NCBI GenBank assembly: GCA_964016885.1
Contig: OZ024741.1
Span: 23,746,001 to 23,810,000 of the forward strand
From: Eledone cirrhosa
Lineage: Eukaryota
Reading direction: 5' to 3'
Length of the DNA: 64,000 bases
How positions within the stretch are numbered: position 1 is the stretch's first letter; the number at the start of each line of letters is the position of its first letter. The notes beneath the pieces are model-generated. The model did no database searches. It was not told where the DNA came from and saw nothing but the letters and a program-made list of their open reading frames with translations. Position numbers and translations under genes: made by a program. Positions 26,701 to 41,600 of the stretch are shown piece after piece.

Positions 26701-29700
26701 GAATGCAAAGTTCTTACTGATATGACCTCTATACTCCACCCTTTGTGTGCCAAAGAGATACTGGCACATTTTAGCTAAGTTTGTGAAGTATAGCTACAAA
26801 GTAGATAAAGAAAATTTAATTAAAATTTCTATTTAATTTTATTTTCAGTAATTTTCTGAAAAATGCAAAAATTATCATAAGATACCAAACAGTGCAATAC
26901 CAAAAACGATACTGGCACTTCAATTTTGTGTAAATAGGTTCCATGAAGAGGTACAGTTTATGACAGTATATTGTACTATAGTATTTATCTTCCTTTGGGA
27001 ATTATAACATACTGGTTACTTGGGTCAATGCTATCAACTATATTCTTTTTATCTGTTGGTTTTGTTGCTTTGGAAGAAAAATAATATTTTATGTTACTAA
27101 TGTCATCATTTTTCTTTAATAGATTTAATAAATTTATTCTTTATTTTTAGCCCCTCAGCTCCCATGGCAAAAACATGGCTTAGGGAACAATGTGGAGTGT
27201 AAGTTAGGAACTGTATAAACATCTTTTACTGATATAGGATGTTTTCATTTTATTGATATATATAAAAGAAATTTTATTTAACCCTTTTGGTACCAACCTA
27301 ACTAAGACCCTTCTTCGTTTTACGGAAAAAATCTGTCCTTTTTAAATTGCTTATATGGAAATTTAAACCTTTTATCATAGTTGTATATAGTTTAACCCTT
27401 TAGCATTTACATTACTCTATATTTACTATTGTATTTTCATGGTAAAGGCTTCATCTTACATAATTATCTCGCATAATATTGAATCTATGAGATTTTAATG
27501 ATGTTATTTTATATTTTGAGAATAGTACCTTAACATAAGCAACTAATTTGAACAGAAAAAGGTGAGAGAATTCTGGCCAGTTTAAATGCTACAAATATGA
27601 GCTCCAAACATGAGCTTAATAATAAAGAAAATTAGTTGTTTTACTAAATCCTGCCAAAGTTTTAATTTTTTTCAAAATTAATTAAAACACACAAATGAAG
27701 TATTTCATTAGAAATATGGCCATGAAAAGACTCCTATTTAGATTGAAACTTTCCAACATAATTTTATAGCGGATCCATTTACAAATGCCATTCTTAATAC
27801 TACAATGATTTTAATTAATCCCTCCAAATTGTTCATTACTTAATTGAAATACAGTGTATTTCATAAGGAATCTGGTCACAAAAGGGCTTAAATACATTTC
27901 ATCTTGATGTTGTGATTCAGAATTGAAGCTCGTTTATAAATCTCTACATTCTAATTGTGTTTCTTTTTTTTACAATCCATGTATTGGCATGATTTGTATT
28001 CTTTTTCCTCTACATTTATTTTTGCTTTCTTATCTTAATTTTTCTGTTGCTCCATAAAGTAATGGCATTTCGGGGTTTTTGCTTGATAATTTTCTCTATG
28101 TTCAATTCCCCACGTGTTGTAAAAGGTAACTAAAATGTTGGTACCAGAAAGATCTGATTATAAAACATTGCCTCAAAAACGACCCCACGAGTATAAAGCC
28201 TATTATTATAAAGCACACAAGACTAACCCTGATTTAGCAGGACAAGTGACCTTAAAAGACTTGTGTATTTGTTCTCTTTACTTATCCTCTGTCTATCTGG
28301 TTTAGAATAAGTACACTATATCTGTGTGTGTTGTAAGGGGCAACTAAATATGTTAGCACAAGGGAAGACATCTGGCTATAAAACATTACTTCAAAAAGGA
28401 CCCTATGATGAATAAGAACCCTGTTGTGGGGCCTCACATGGCTAACCCTTGCTTTAGTAGGTAAAATGGCTTTTAAAATGCTTGATGTTTTAAATTCTCT
28501 TATCTCCTTCTTATCAACATCTAAATAAATATGATGCAATCCCCTCTGAACATCATTTTTATGTTCCTGTTATTTTTTTCTTTTCCTTTCATTACTTTTT
28601 CTGAAGTTATCCATTGAAAGAAATTTCTGTTCAAAGTAAATTGTAACTTCAACACCTTCATTCCGATCATCATCATAATCATCATTTAACATCTATTTTC
28701 CATGCTAGCATGTCCTGTTTGAGGCAAGTCAGGCCAGGTGACCATGTCTTGCTCATACAGAACTGTTTCTGGCTGCTAGGTTTCTACAGTTGGATGCCCT
28801 TCCTAATGCCAACCACATTTACAGTGTGGACTGGGTGTTATTTACCAGTCACTAAATTACTGAAGGACATAAAATAAATACTTACAGGAGAAACACCTGG
28901 AAATGAAACCAAATAAATATAAAAGCTAGCCAAGTAATAGACTCATAAAACTTACAGAATTGATGTGAGCAAGTTCTAGCAATCTTTCATAAACTGTTTG
29001 GAAATTGTTCATTCGTCACCATGATTTTATTTTCTACAAACATGTCTTTCTGTCTCTCTCGGTCTCTGTCTATCTATCTCTTGCCCATCTCTCTCTATCT
29101 GTCAATCTGTCTATCTATCATCTCTCTCTCTCTCTCTCTCTCTGTTAATCTGTCTAGCTATCATCTCTCTCTCTCTATCTATCTTTCTATCTACCTATCT
29201 CTCTCTATCTTAATTAGCTCTTGAAAAGCAATTGAATGGGGTTTTTTCATCTATGGCTTATTTTCATTACCTGCATGACTAAATTAATTATTTCACCTTT
29301 TTACATTTCCAATAATTGAAGAGTTCTTTTCCAATTCCAAATTATTCTTCAAATTATCTATCTGCATGACTTCCATTCCAGCTGCTAATTTACAGCAATT
29401 TATTTCAAAGTGTTTATATTTATCTAGAAACTTTTCATTATAATTTTATGTAAGAACCATTCTTAGGTTCGTTATACCAATCGAAACCAGCTATATTTAA
29501 TGAAACAATTATAAAATTATTCATTCTGTCAGATTAAAGAAAAAATAATCTTTAACCCTTTAGGATTTACATTACTCTCTATATACTAATGTATTTTCAT
29601 GGAACGGGCTTTACCTCAGATAATATCTCACATAATGTCGAATCTATGAGATTTTGATATTATTCATTTTGAGAATAATACCTCAACATCAGTATGAGTG

Positions 29701-32700
29701 GCCAGATATAGCCAGTTTGAACAGAAAGAGGTGAGAGAATTATGGCCGGATATGACCGGGTTAAATATAATTCTGTGCATTTTCACCATCATTTTTTAAC
29801 TATAACTTTTGTTTTTTTAGAATTTGATATTTTGCTTTAACGTAATGGACTACATAAATACCATTATAGGTTTTATATAGAATAATAATAATATTCAATT
29901 CGTTTGCAAGCAAACAGCCTCCTTATGCTATGTTTTGTTTTTGATGACCATTGCCATCCATTTGTTGAACAGTAGCACCGAAGAACAGCCAACATGTTTC
30001 TGGGTCATTACCCTTCATCAGGACTGTACTTCTCTGTTACTCTGAATTGTTGAAAATATATAAAACTCATAATTTGATCTTTGTTTTTTATATTTACTAA
30101 AATGGATTTAAAAGGGTTTTATTATTCACAGTTATACTTAATTTTGTTTTTATATTTCTTTTTCATTGTTAAGTTATGTTCCAAACCTCAGCTCAATAAC
30201 GAGGAAGTCATTTTATTAAGTCATTCAAAATGTTTTGAAAATTAAAGGAGGTGACTTTTATTAAAAATACAGAAATGTTAAAGAAATATCAGTTACAAGA
30301 GATACTGCACACACACACACACATATATATACATGTACACACACATGTACACACCACACATATAAACACAGACACCACACACACACAACACATATACAGT
30401 AAACACACACCACACATATACACACACACACCAAACACACACACCAAATACACACCACACACACCAAACACTACACATGTACACACATATACACACTACA
30501 CATATATACACAGACACCACACACACATCACACATATACAGTACTCACACTCACACACCACACATATACACACACACACCATACTACATCACACACACTT
30601 TTGTTCCTAATTATGGGTACAGGCACAGCTGTGTGGTTTCAAGATCAACCCCATTGTATGGAAAACTTGGGCAAGTGTCTCTAGTACTCTAGCTTTAGTA
30701 TGAGTGAAACTGTGCTGAAGCCCTTTATATACATGCAGAGGCATAACCAGAGTACATAGCACCTATGGCAAGCAGTGAAATTGCACCCCTGCCCAGCACT
30801 GTATTTTTACCTATGGAGGTATAATAATTTATATAAATGGTTTAATGATCAAGCCACCATAGTATTCTCAGCCATGATAGAGACAGATCATACATCTGAA
30901 GGAGTTTCTTTTTTCACTCTCCAATGAGGCTTATTTGACTTTAATAGAACGTGCTCCTAGTCCAAGTGGCGCCCCCTTCATGTGGCGTCCATGGCACATG
31001 TCATGGTTGGTGCCCCTTCATGTAACAACCATGGCACATACCATGCTTTCCACACCCTAGTTATGCCTCTGTATATATATAATCATCATTATCACTCTCT
31101 CTCTGAGTTCAAATCCTGCTGAGGTCAACTTTGTCTTTCATCCATTCAGAATGAATAGTTAAGGTACCAGTTCAAGGAATGGTGGACTTGCAGGATTATT
31201 GAAGTGTTGAATGAAATGTTTTGTGGTATCTAATCCTGCTCTATGTACTGTGAATTCAATTCCCGTCTCCTTCTGCCAGAAATTGTGGTTGACAGATAGT
31301 ATCAGCAATTGAAAGACCAATGGATACATAATTTCCTTGGTCTTGAACCTTTACCATTTACATTAATCTATATTTACTATTATATTTTCACGGTAAAAGC
31401 TTTACCTCACATAATTATCTCACATAATATTGAATCTAGGAGATTTTGATATTATTTATTTTGAGAACTATACCTTAACATCAGTATGAGTGACCGGTTA
31501 CAGCTGGTTTAAACAGAGAGAGGTGAGAGTTCTGATATGGCAGGTTTAAATACTAAAGGGCTAATTTCTTTATCTTTGTCTCTCTGGCAATTACTAATCA
31601 AGGAATATTTTTTTCTGAAACATTTTCAGGACAGACAGTCAGTTTAATGGAGAATCATGGGAAGATGAAGCAGAGTATTATAATGACCGACCGAATGCCA
31701 TTCCACCATCACCTCCCCCACCACAGATACCACCCCTTCCAAATTATTCTGTGCCTAACAGTAATTCAAATGTAAGTTTGTTAATACATCTGCTATAACC
31801 TTTTCTTTCTTTCCTCATTGCCATTGTCATCCAGGTAAACCACTCTCGGGTCTCAAATAATCCCCCCCCCCCCACACACACAACCCCCACTTATTAATTT
31901 TCCCACTCCCCTCACCACTCTTATTCCAAACCCCACCCTCCCGCACTTATTAACTTTTCATACCCCCACACCCGGCTCTTATTCCACCTCCACCTCACCC
32001 TCCACGCTTAACAATTCTTCAGATTTTTTCCACACCCTACTCTTATCCCCCCCCCCCCCGCTTACTAAGTTTTGCTAGACAATCTAGAAACATTACTGAT
32101 TACCCTCCCCCACATATTCCAATCCCCACCTTATTATTTGGGACCCAAGAGTAGTTGGCATAGGTTTATTATTTTGACCTAATTCTCTCAAGTTCTGCTA
32201 CTTTTATTCTGTTACCTGTAAGTACATCATACACATTACATACCTGTAATCTATACAGGTATGTATTTAGCATTGATTACTAAAATACTCTAACTTCAGT
32301 AGTTTGAAATGTGACCTACTTTTCACATCTGGTATTGGCCTATTACCAACTTTTCATGGTTTGGATCATCTAAAAGTAGGAATATCTCATCATTATATGT
32401 AACTGTAGCACTTCAGAATTAATGAGAGGGATGGGCTTTATTGAACTGACTTCCTCTTGAAATACTACATAGTGGGAATCCCCTACAACCGACTTTTCAC
32501 ACTCACCTCCCTCCCACAAAATTTAGCCTAGTGTTTCATTTTAAAAAAAAAACAGTATATTTTTGTTTTTTCAATTTTTTGTTCATATTTATCTCTTCTT
32601 TATCATGTACTCTTGAATAATCATTGTTGTCATCACCTCCCCCCTTCCATGCTTATGAATTTTTCAGATTTTTTACACCCACCCCACTCCACTCTTATTC

Positions 32701-32995
32701 CACCCCAACCCCCACTCATTAAATCTATCTTGCCGCGCAAAATTATATTTTAAGTGGCAACATTCCTGCGACATTAATTTTCTTGAGACATTAAAAAACA
32801 TTAAACATGACAATAAAAGTACATTACTAGAAATCCCATATGTTATAAAATAAATAGGATGGGTTGGGGTCTCAATATGTAAACTAAACGACTTATTCTG
32901 GTTTTTAAAAAATCAATGGAAACAACCTAGAAAAATTACCAATTTTCCAATCCCACTGCACCCCCCCCCCCCTCTCCTTGCTTATTCGACGACGA

Positions 32996-33027
<32 letters not shown>

Positions 33028-35594
33028 GTTATTTGGGACCCAAGAGTATAATGATGAATTGGAAATGTCATTAGAACATTGGGGGAAATTTGTCTGGCTT
33101 TTTACATTCTGAGTTCAAATCTTGCTGAAGTCAAATTTGCCCTTTCTCCTTTTGAGGTCAATAATTAAAGTAACTGTCTTGGGTGGTGAACTGGCAGAAT
33201 TGGCAGAATTTTAAAGGTTTCCAATATAAATTAAAATCTTCCAACAACAACCCTGAGCACCTTTTTGATTTTCATGTGTCTAACACACGTGGGCATGCCT
33301 ACAAATTCAGAAAACAGCACACTCCCATGACTTTCGGAAACATTTTTTCACGCTTAGAGTTGCTGAAGCATGGAACAAACTGCCTGCGTCAGTTGTTAGT
33401 TGCCGAGACACTGCATCCTTTAAAACCTCCATGCTTCCTGAGATTCGCCAACAATGCACCTGATGTCCTCCCTCCATACACACACACACACATGTATTTC
33501 ATGACTCATACACTGTTCATTTTCCTGACATTTGAACATTATTCTATGTACTATACATGCACCTTTGATGAGTTGTAGTGCATCTGAGCACTGTACACAA
33601 TAATTTCATTATCATTATTATTATATTATCTCATGCGATACATTGTAGAGAGGGTAGCTAGGTAACCTGGCACGGGTGGGTCCTTGATCAATTTAGATCA
33701 GTCGAAAGCTTTTGATAGGGTCGACCATCGTTATCTGGCGGCAGTCCTGAGGGAGGCTGGCTTTGGGCCCGTCTTCAGAGGCTGGATCGCTGCCATGCAC
33801 AGCGACATCTGCTCTGTGGTGAGAGTGAATGGTCACCTTTCGGAACCGTTCAACATCATGCGCTCGGTCCGCCAAGGATGTCCCTCTTGTACGTATTGAC
33901 TCTTGAGCCACTACTGCACAAACTGGATACGTTGAGGGGGGGGTCCCGTGCGAACTAGGATGCGGAAGATCCGTGTCAGCATATGCGGACGATGTCACCG
34001 TAGTGGTGTCGAACGCTAAACACATCAAGGCGATCGGCACTACACTAAGAGAATACGAAGCGGTGACAGGAGCAATGATCAACCAGGAAAAGTCAGTAGG
34101 CCTGCAGCTCGGCACCTGGAGAGGCAGGTCCATGCCGTCCAACAGCGTCGTCGGACGCTGGACGGATGGACGGGTTAAATTGCTAGGGGTCTGGTTTGGT
34201 CCGGACCTCCAGACGGACAAAAACTGGGACGAGGTGACGAGCAGGGTGGCTTCTCTCACCCAGAAATGGGCGGAGAGGAAGCTGTCCTTGAAAGGTCGAG
34301 CGGAGGTGGCTAACGTGTACATTGTGTCTGTTATCTGCTACCGCTTGACCGTCGTACCTTGTCCTAAGCCCCGCCTGACTGTGCTGGAGCGTTTGCTCTT
34401 TCGCTTTTTGTGGAAGGGACGCGCTCCGATGGTCAGGCGGTCCATCTGTTGTCAACACTCGCTACGTGGAGGGCTGGGCATGCCGTGGCTGATGATGCAC
34501 AGACACGCGCTCAGGCTACGACATCTCCACCTCTTCCTCGACAGTGATCAGGTGTGGTCGCCGTTTGCTAGACACGTCTTTCCCCAGCTCGTTTCTTTGA
34601 CGGAGCTGCAGTCCTGGGTCAAGCGAAGACCGAGAGGGGGCACTTGGAGACTGGAATGTTTTCAGGCGCTCACAGCCCTCGACCAATCGGGCAATGTGAT
34701 CGGTGGAAACTCCACCTCGGTGTTCTATAGAGGATTAGTGGAGGGGAAGAGCGACGACGTACTTGGGGAAACTCTAGGCGTCGACGAAAATCAACTAGCC
34801 AATCTCTTTGGAAGAACTTTCGGGCTGGGGCCTATGGACAACTTCCAGAAATCCCTGGCCTGGCAGTGCTACCGAGGAGCCTTGCCAGTTCGGGATAAAC
34901 TCTACAGGCATGGAGGTGCCGTCAGCCGGGCATGTCCGAGATGTGCGCAGGGTGATGAAACCGTCCTGCATGCACTCGTCCAGTGTCCGAGCATTGCTGA
35001 CTTGTGGGTTTATGTCGAACACCTGCTGTCACGTGTAGGACGGATCCAGCTATCAGCTGAGTCCATCGTGAGGATTGCCCCGCCCTCTTCCTTTAGCCGG
35101 GAAGGGCAGGCACTTTTTATCTGTCTGGTGGCCATGGCGAAAGAGATAGTATGGTGGACACGTTTGAAAGGGCTGAAGACGAGCACTTACTTCTTCGGTG
35201 ATGCCCTGATTAACTTTTTCAAATTTCATTTGAAAAGGAAAATCAGGGTAGAGAGGGAAGTGCCCTCTTCCCAGCATTTTGTTGAAAGATGGGTGAGAGA
35301 ATCAAGTATGGCCCAAGTGAATGGGCCTACTCTGAGTATGTGTCTGTAAATTAAAGGTGGAAAACTGGGAGAGGGCAATTGCCCCGGTGGTCAGGGTCAC
35401 TGTGGCCTTTTAATGGGCTTTCTCCACAAATGTCCCTCGGAAGTCTCCCCCCTATTGGGGAATTTTTCATTGTTATTTTTTATTACATCCTCTGTTTTTT
35501 TTACACGCAGAAATGCCCATCTGTACCATCCTGTATTGTCCTGTACTGTCCTTAATGTCTACTTTATGTAAACCCTTTTGGTTAATAAAGAAAG

Positions 35595-35634
<40 letters not shown>

Positions 35635-38600
35635 TTATATAATGACCTTACATTAGGTTACTATCTTAGTAATGAAATAATTAATAATTTTAGGAAATGA
35701 GTAAATCCCTCAAAATTCTTCATTAATTAATTAAAATAGAATGTATTTCATTAGAAATGCCATCATGAAAGGGTTTTAAAAATTATTAAAATTGATATTA
35801 AATTGAATTTCAGGTTCCTGAAGGATTATATTCAACTGTAAATAAAAATAAACATAATGAATTCAATAACAGTGCTGAAGGATTACTTGTGGATTTGAGT
35901 GAGGCACCAGAACAAGCATTATATGACAAACCAAAATGTAAGTAAAAGTCTTAATAGACTCAAGAAAAGAGTGTTTTATCTCAAAGGTTGTAAATATGGA
36001 AACTTGATATCATGTTCAGTAACATGAACATTTTCTCTCCAAAAGCAGGACTTAGCTTTTCAGCCCCCATGGAAAGTTTCTCCATTTTGCTCTATCCTCT
36101 GTATCCCTCTTTACTAAACCCGCTTTCATTTCTTCCTGAATCATTTTTAAACATGTCCTCCTCTATTTCCTTCCAGTCATTTCCCCCACTCTTCTCACCC
36201 AGTCACTTTCACCCTTCCACAGTCATATCTATCACTCCTCTCACCCTGTCACTTTCACCCTTCCAGTCATTTCCCCCACTCCTCTCACCCTGTCACTTTC
36301 ACCCTTCCAGTCATTTCCCCCACTCTTCTCACCCAGTCACTTTCACCCTTCCACAGTCATTTCCCCCACTCTTCTCACCCAGTCACTTTCACCCTTCCAC
36401 AGTCATTTCCCCCACTCTTCTCACCCAGTCACTTTCACCCTTCCACAGTCATTTCCCCCACTCCTCTCACCCTGTCACTTTCACCCTTCCACAGTCATTT
36501 CCCCCACTCTTCTCACCCAGTCACTTTCACCCTTCCACAGTCATTTCCCCCACTCTTCTCACTCTGTCACTTTCACCCTTCCACAGTCATTTCCCCCACT
36601 CTTCTCACCCTGTCACTTTCACCCTTCCACAGTCATTTCCCCCACTCTTCTCACCCAGTCACTTTCACCCTTCCACAGTCATTTCCCCCACTCTTCTCAC
36701 CCAGTCACTTTCACCCTTCCACAGTCATTTCCCCCACTCTTCTCACTCTGTCACTTTCACCCTTCCACAGTCATTTCCCCCACTCTTCTCACCCTGTCAC
36801 TTTCACCCTTCCACAGTCATTTCCCCCACTCTTCTCACCCAGTCACTTTCACCCTTCCACAGTCATTTCCCCCACTCCTCTCACCCTGTCACTTTCACCC
36901 TTCCACAGTCATTTCCCCCACTCTTCTCACCCAGTCACTTTCACCCTTCCACAGTCATTTCCCCCACTCTTCTCACTCTGTCACTTTCACCCTTCCACAG
37001 TCATTTCCCCCACTCTTCTCACCCAGTCACTTTCACCCTTCCACAGTCATTTCCCCCACTCTTCTCACCCAGTCACTTTCACCCTTCCACAGTCATTTCC
37101 CCCACTCTTCTCACTCTGTCACTTTCACCCTTCCACAGTCATTTCCCCCACTCTTCTCACCCTGTCACTTTCACCCTTCCACAGTCATTTCCCCCACTCT
37201 TCTCACCCAGTCACTTTCACCCTTCCACAGTCATTTCCCCCACTCTTCTCACCCAGTCACTTTCACCCTTCCACAGTCATTTCCCCCACTCTTCTCACCC
37301 AGTCACTTTCACCCTTTCACAGTCATTTCCCCCACTCTTCTCACCCAGTCACTTTCACCCTTCCACAGTCATTTCGCCCACTCTTCTCACCCAGTCACTT
37401 TCACCCTTCCACAGTCATTTCCCCCATTCTTCTCACTCTGTCACTTTCACCCTTCCACAGTCATTTCCCCCACTCTTCTCACCCTGTCACTTTCACCCTT
37501 CCACAGTCATTTCCCCCACTCTTCTCACTCTGTCACTTTCACCCTTCCACAGTCATTTCCCCCACTCTTCTCACCCTGTCAATTTCAGCCTTCCACAGTC
37601 ATTTCCCCCACTCTTCTCACCCTGTCACTTTCACCCTTCCACAGTCATTTCCCCCACTCTTCTCACCCAGTCACTTTCACCCTTCCAGTCATTTCCCCCA
37701 CTCTTCTCACCCAGTCACTTTCACCCTTCCACAGTCATTTCCCCCACTCTTCTCACCCAGTCACTTTCACCCTTCCACAGTCATTTCCCCCACTCTTCTC
37801 ACCCAGTCACTTTCACCCTTCCACAGTCATTTCCTCCACTCTTCTCACCCAGTCACTTTCACCCTTCCACAGTCATTTCCCCCACTCTTCTCACTCTGTC
37901 ACTTTCACCCTTCCACAGTCATTTCCCCCACTCTTCTCACCCAGTCACTTTCACCCTTCCACAGTCATTTCCCCCACTCCTCTCACCCTGTCACTTTCAC
38001 CCTTCCAGTCATTTCCCCCACTCTTCTCACCCAGTCACTTTCACCCTTCCACAGTCATTTGCCCCACTCTTCTCACTCTGTCACTTTCACCCTTCCACAG
38101 TCATTTCCCCCATTCTTCTCACCCTGTCACTTTCACCCTTCCACAGTCATTTCCCCCACTCTTCTCACCCAGTCACTTTCACCCTTCCACAGTCATTTCC
38201 CCCACTCTTCTCACCCATTCACTTTCACCCTTCCACAGTCATTTCCCCCACTCTTCTCACTCTGTCACTTTCACCCTTCCACAGTCATTTCCCCCACTCT
38301 TCTCACCCAGTCACTTTCACCCTTCCACAGTCATTTCCCCCACTCTTCTCACCCAGTCACTTTCACCCTTCCACAGTCATTTCCCCCACTCTTCTCACTC
38401 TGTCACTTTCACCCTTCCACAGTCATTTCCTCCACTCTTCTCACCCAGTCACTTTCACCCTTCCACAGTCATTTCCCCCACTCTTCTCACCCTGTCACTT
38501 TCACCCTTCCACAGTCATTTCCCCCACTCTTCTCACCCAGTCACTTTCACCCTTCCACAGTCATTTCCCCCACTCTTCTCACCCAGTCACTTTCACCCTT

Positions 38601-41600
38601 CCACAGTCATATCTATCACTCCTCTCACCCTGTCACTTTCACCCTTCCAGTCATTTCCCCCACTCCTCTCACCCTGTCACTTTCACCCTTCCAGTCATTT
38701 CCCCCACTCTTCTCACCCAGTCACTTTCACCCTTCCACAGTCATTTCCCCCACTCTTCTCACCCAGTCACTTTCACCCTTCCACAGTCATTTCCCCCACT
38801 CTTCTCACCCAGTCACTTTCACCCTTCCACAGTCATTTCCCCCACTCCTCTCACCCTGTCACTTTCACCCTTCCACAGTCATTTCCCCCACTCTTCTCAC
38901 CCAGTCACTTTCACCCTTCCACAGTCATTTCCCCCACTCTTCTCACCCAGTCACTTTCACCCTTCCACAGTCATTTCCCCCACTCTTCTCACTCTGTCAC
39001 TTTCACCCTTCCACAGTCATTTCCCCCACTCTTCTCACCCTGTCACTTTCACCCTTCCACAGTCATTTCCCCCACTCTTCTCACCCAGTCACTTTCACCC
39101 TTCCACAGTCATTTCCCCCACTCTTCTCACCCAGTCACTTTCACCCTTCCACAGTCATTTCCCCCACTCTTCTCACTCTGTCACTTTCACCCTTCCACAG
39201 TCATTTCCCCCACTCTTCTCACCCTGTCACTTTCACCCTTCCACAGTCATTTCCCCCACTCTTCTCATCCTGTCACTTTCACCCTTCCACAGTCATTTCC
39301 CCCACTCTTCTCACCCAGTCACTTTCACCCTTCCACAGTCATTTCCCCCACTCTTCTCACCCAGTCACTTTCACCCTTCCACAGTCATTTCCCCCACTCT
39401 TCTCACCCAGTCACTTTCACCCTTCCACAGTCATTTCCCCCACTCTTCTCACCCAGTCACTTTCACCCTTCCACAGTCATTTCGCCCACTCTTCTCACCC
39501 AGTCACTTTCACCCTTCCACAGTCATTTCCCCCATTCTTCTCACTCTGTCACTTTCACCCTTCCACAGTCATTTCCCCCACTCTTCTCACCCTGTCACTT
39601 TCACCCTTCCACAGTCATTTCCCCCACTCTTCTCACTCTTTCACTTTCACCCTTCCACAGTCATTTCCCCCACTCTTCTCACCCTGTCAATTTCAGCCTT
39701 CCACAGTCATTTCCCCCACTCTTCTCACCCTGTCACTTTCACCCTTCCACAGTCATTTCCCCCACTCTTCTCACCCAGTCACTTTCACCCTTCCAGTCAT
39801 TTCCCCCACTCTTCTCACCCAGTCACTTTCACCCTTCCACAGTCATTTCCCCCACTCTTCTCACCCAGTCACTTTCACCCTTCCACAGTCATTTCCCCCA
39901 CTCTTCTCACCCAGTCACTTTCACCCTTCCACAGTCATTTACCCCACTCTTCTCACCCAGTCACTTTCACCCTTCCACAGTCATTTCCTCCACTCTTCTC
40001 ACCCAGTCACTTTCACCCTTCCACAGTCATTTCCCCCACTCTTCTCACTCTGTCACTTTCACCCTTCTACAGTCATTTCCCCCACTCTTCTCACCCAGTC
40101 ACTTTCACCCTTCCACAGTCATTTCCCCCACTCCTCTCACCCTGTCACTTTCACCCTTCCAGTCATTTCCCCCACTCTTCTAACCCAGTCACTTTCACCC
40201 TTCCACAGTCATTTGCCCCACTCTTCTCACTCTGTCACTTTCACCCTTCCACAGTCATTTCCCCCATTCTTCTCACCCTGTCACTTTCACCCTTCCACAG
40301 TCATTTCCCCCACTCTTCTCACCCAGTCACTTTCACCCTTCCACAGTCATTTCCCCCACTCTTCTCACCCATTCACTTTCACCCTTCCACAGTCATTTCC
40401 CCCACTCTTCTCACTCTGTCACTTTCACCCTTCCACAGTCATTTCCCCCACTCTTCTCACCCAGTCACTTTCACCTTTCCACAGTCATTTCCCCCACTCT
40501 TCTCACCCTGTCACTTTCACCCTTCCACAGTCATTTCCCCCACTCTTCTCACCGTCACTTTCACCCTTCCACAGTCATTTCCCCCACTCTTCTCACCCTG
40601 TCACTTTCACCCTTCCAGTGATTTCCCCCACTCTTCTCCCCCTGTCACTTTCACCCTTCCAGTGATTTCCCCCACTCTTCTCACCCTGTCACTTTCACCC
40701 TTCCACAGTCATTTCCCCCACTCTTCTCACCCAGTCACTTTCACCCTTCCACAGTCATTTCCCCCACTCTTCTCACCCTGTCACTTTCACCCTTCCAGTG
40801 ATTTCCCCCACTCTTCTCACCCTGTCACTTTCACCCTTGCAGTGATTTCCCCCACTCTTTTCACCCTGTCACTTTCACCCTTCCACAGTCATTTCCCCCA
40901 CTCTTCTCACCCAGTCACTTTCACCCTTCCACAGTCATTTCCCCCACTCTTCTCACCCTGTCACTTTCACCCTTCCACAGTCATTTCCCCCACTCTTCTC
41001 ACCCTGTCACTTTCACCCTTCCACAGTCATTTCCCCCACTCTTCTCACCCAGTCACTTTCACCCTTCCACAGTCATTTCCCCCACTCTTCTCATCCTGTC
41101 ACTTTCACCCTTCCACAGTCATTTCCCCCACTCTTCTCATCCTGTCACTTTCACCCTTCCACAGTCATTTCCCCCACTCTTCTCATCCTGTCACTTTCAC
41201 CCTTCCACAGTCATTTCCCCCACTCTTCTCACCCTGTCACTTTCACCCTTCCACAGTCATTTCCCCCACTCTTCTCACCCAGTCACTTTCACCCTTCCAG
41301 TCATTTCCCCCACTCTTCTCACCCAGTCACTTTCACCCTTCCAGTCATTTCCCCCACTCTTCTCATCCTGTCACTTTCACCCTTCCACAGTCATTTTTCC
41401 CACTCTTCTTATCCTGTCACTTTCACCCTTCCACAGTCATTTCCCCCACTCTTCTCACCCTGTCACTTTCACCCTTCCAGTCATTTCCCCCACTCTTCTC
41501 ACCCAGTCACTTTCACCCTTCCAGTCATTTCCCCCACTCTTCTCATTCAGTCACTTTCACCCTTCCACATTCATTTCCCCCACTCTTCTCATCCTGTCAC

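Noticed and set aside
33973-35349. Functional or domesticated reverse transcriptase gene
   Set aside because: 5'-truncated with no endonuclease or ORF1, and a deletion/frameshift at RQGCP upstream; consistent with a young dead copy.
36190-36210. Derivation of the large satellite from the same SINE tail motif
   Set aside because: Only a 9-nt word (cacccagtc) is shared, which is not enough evidence.
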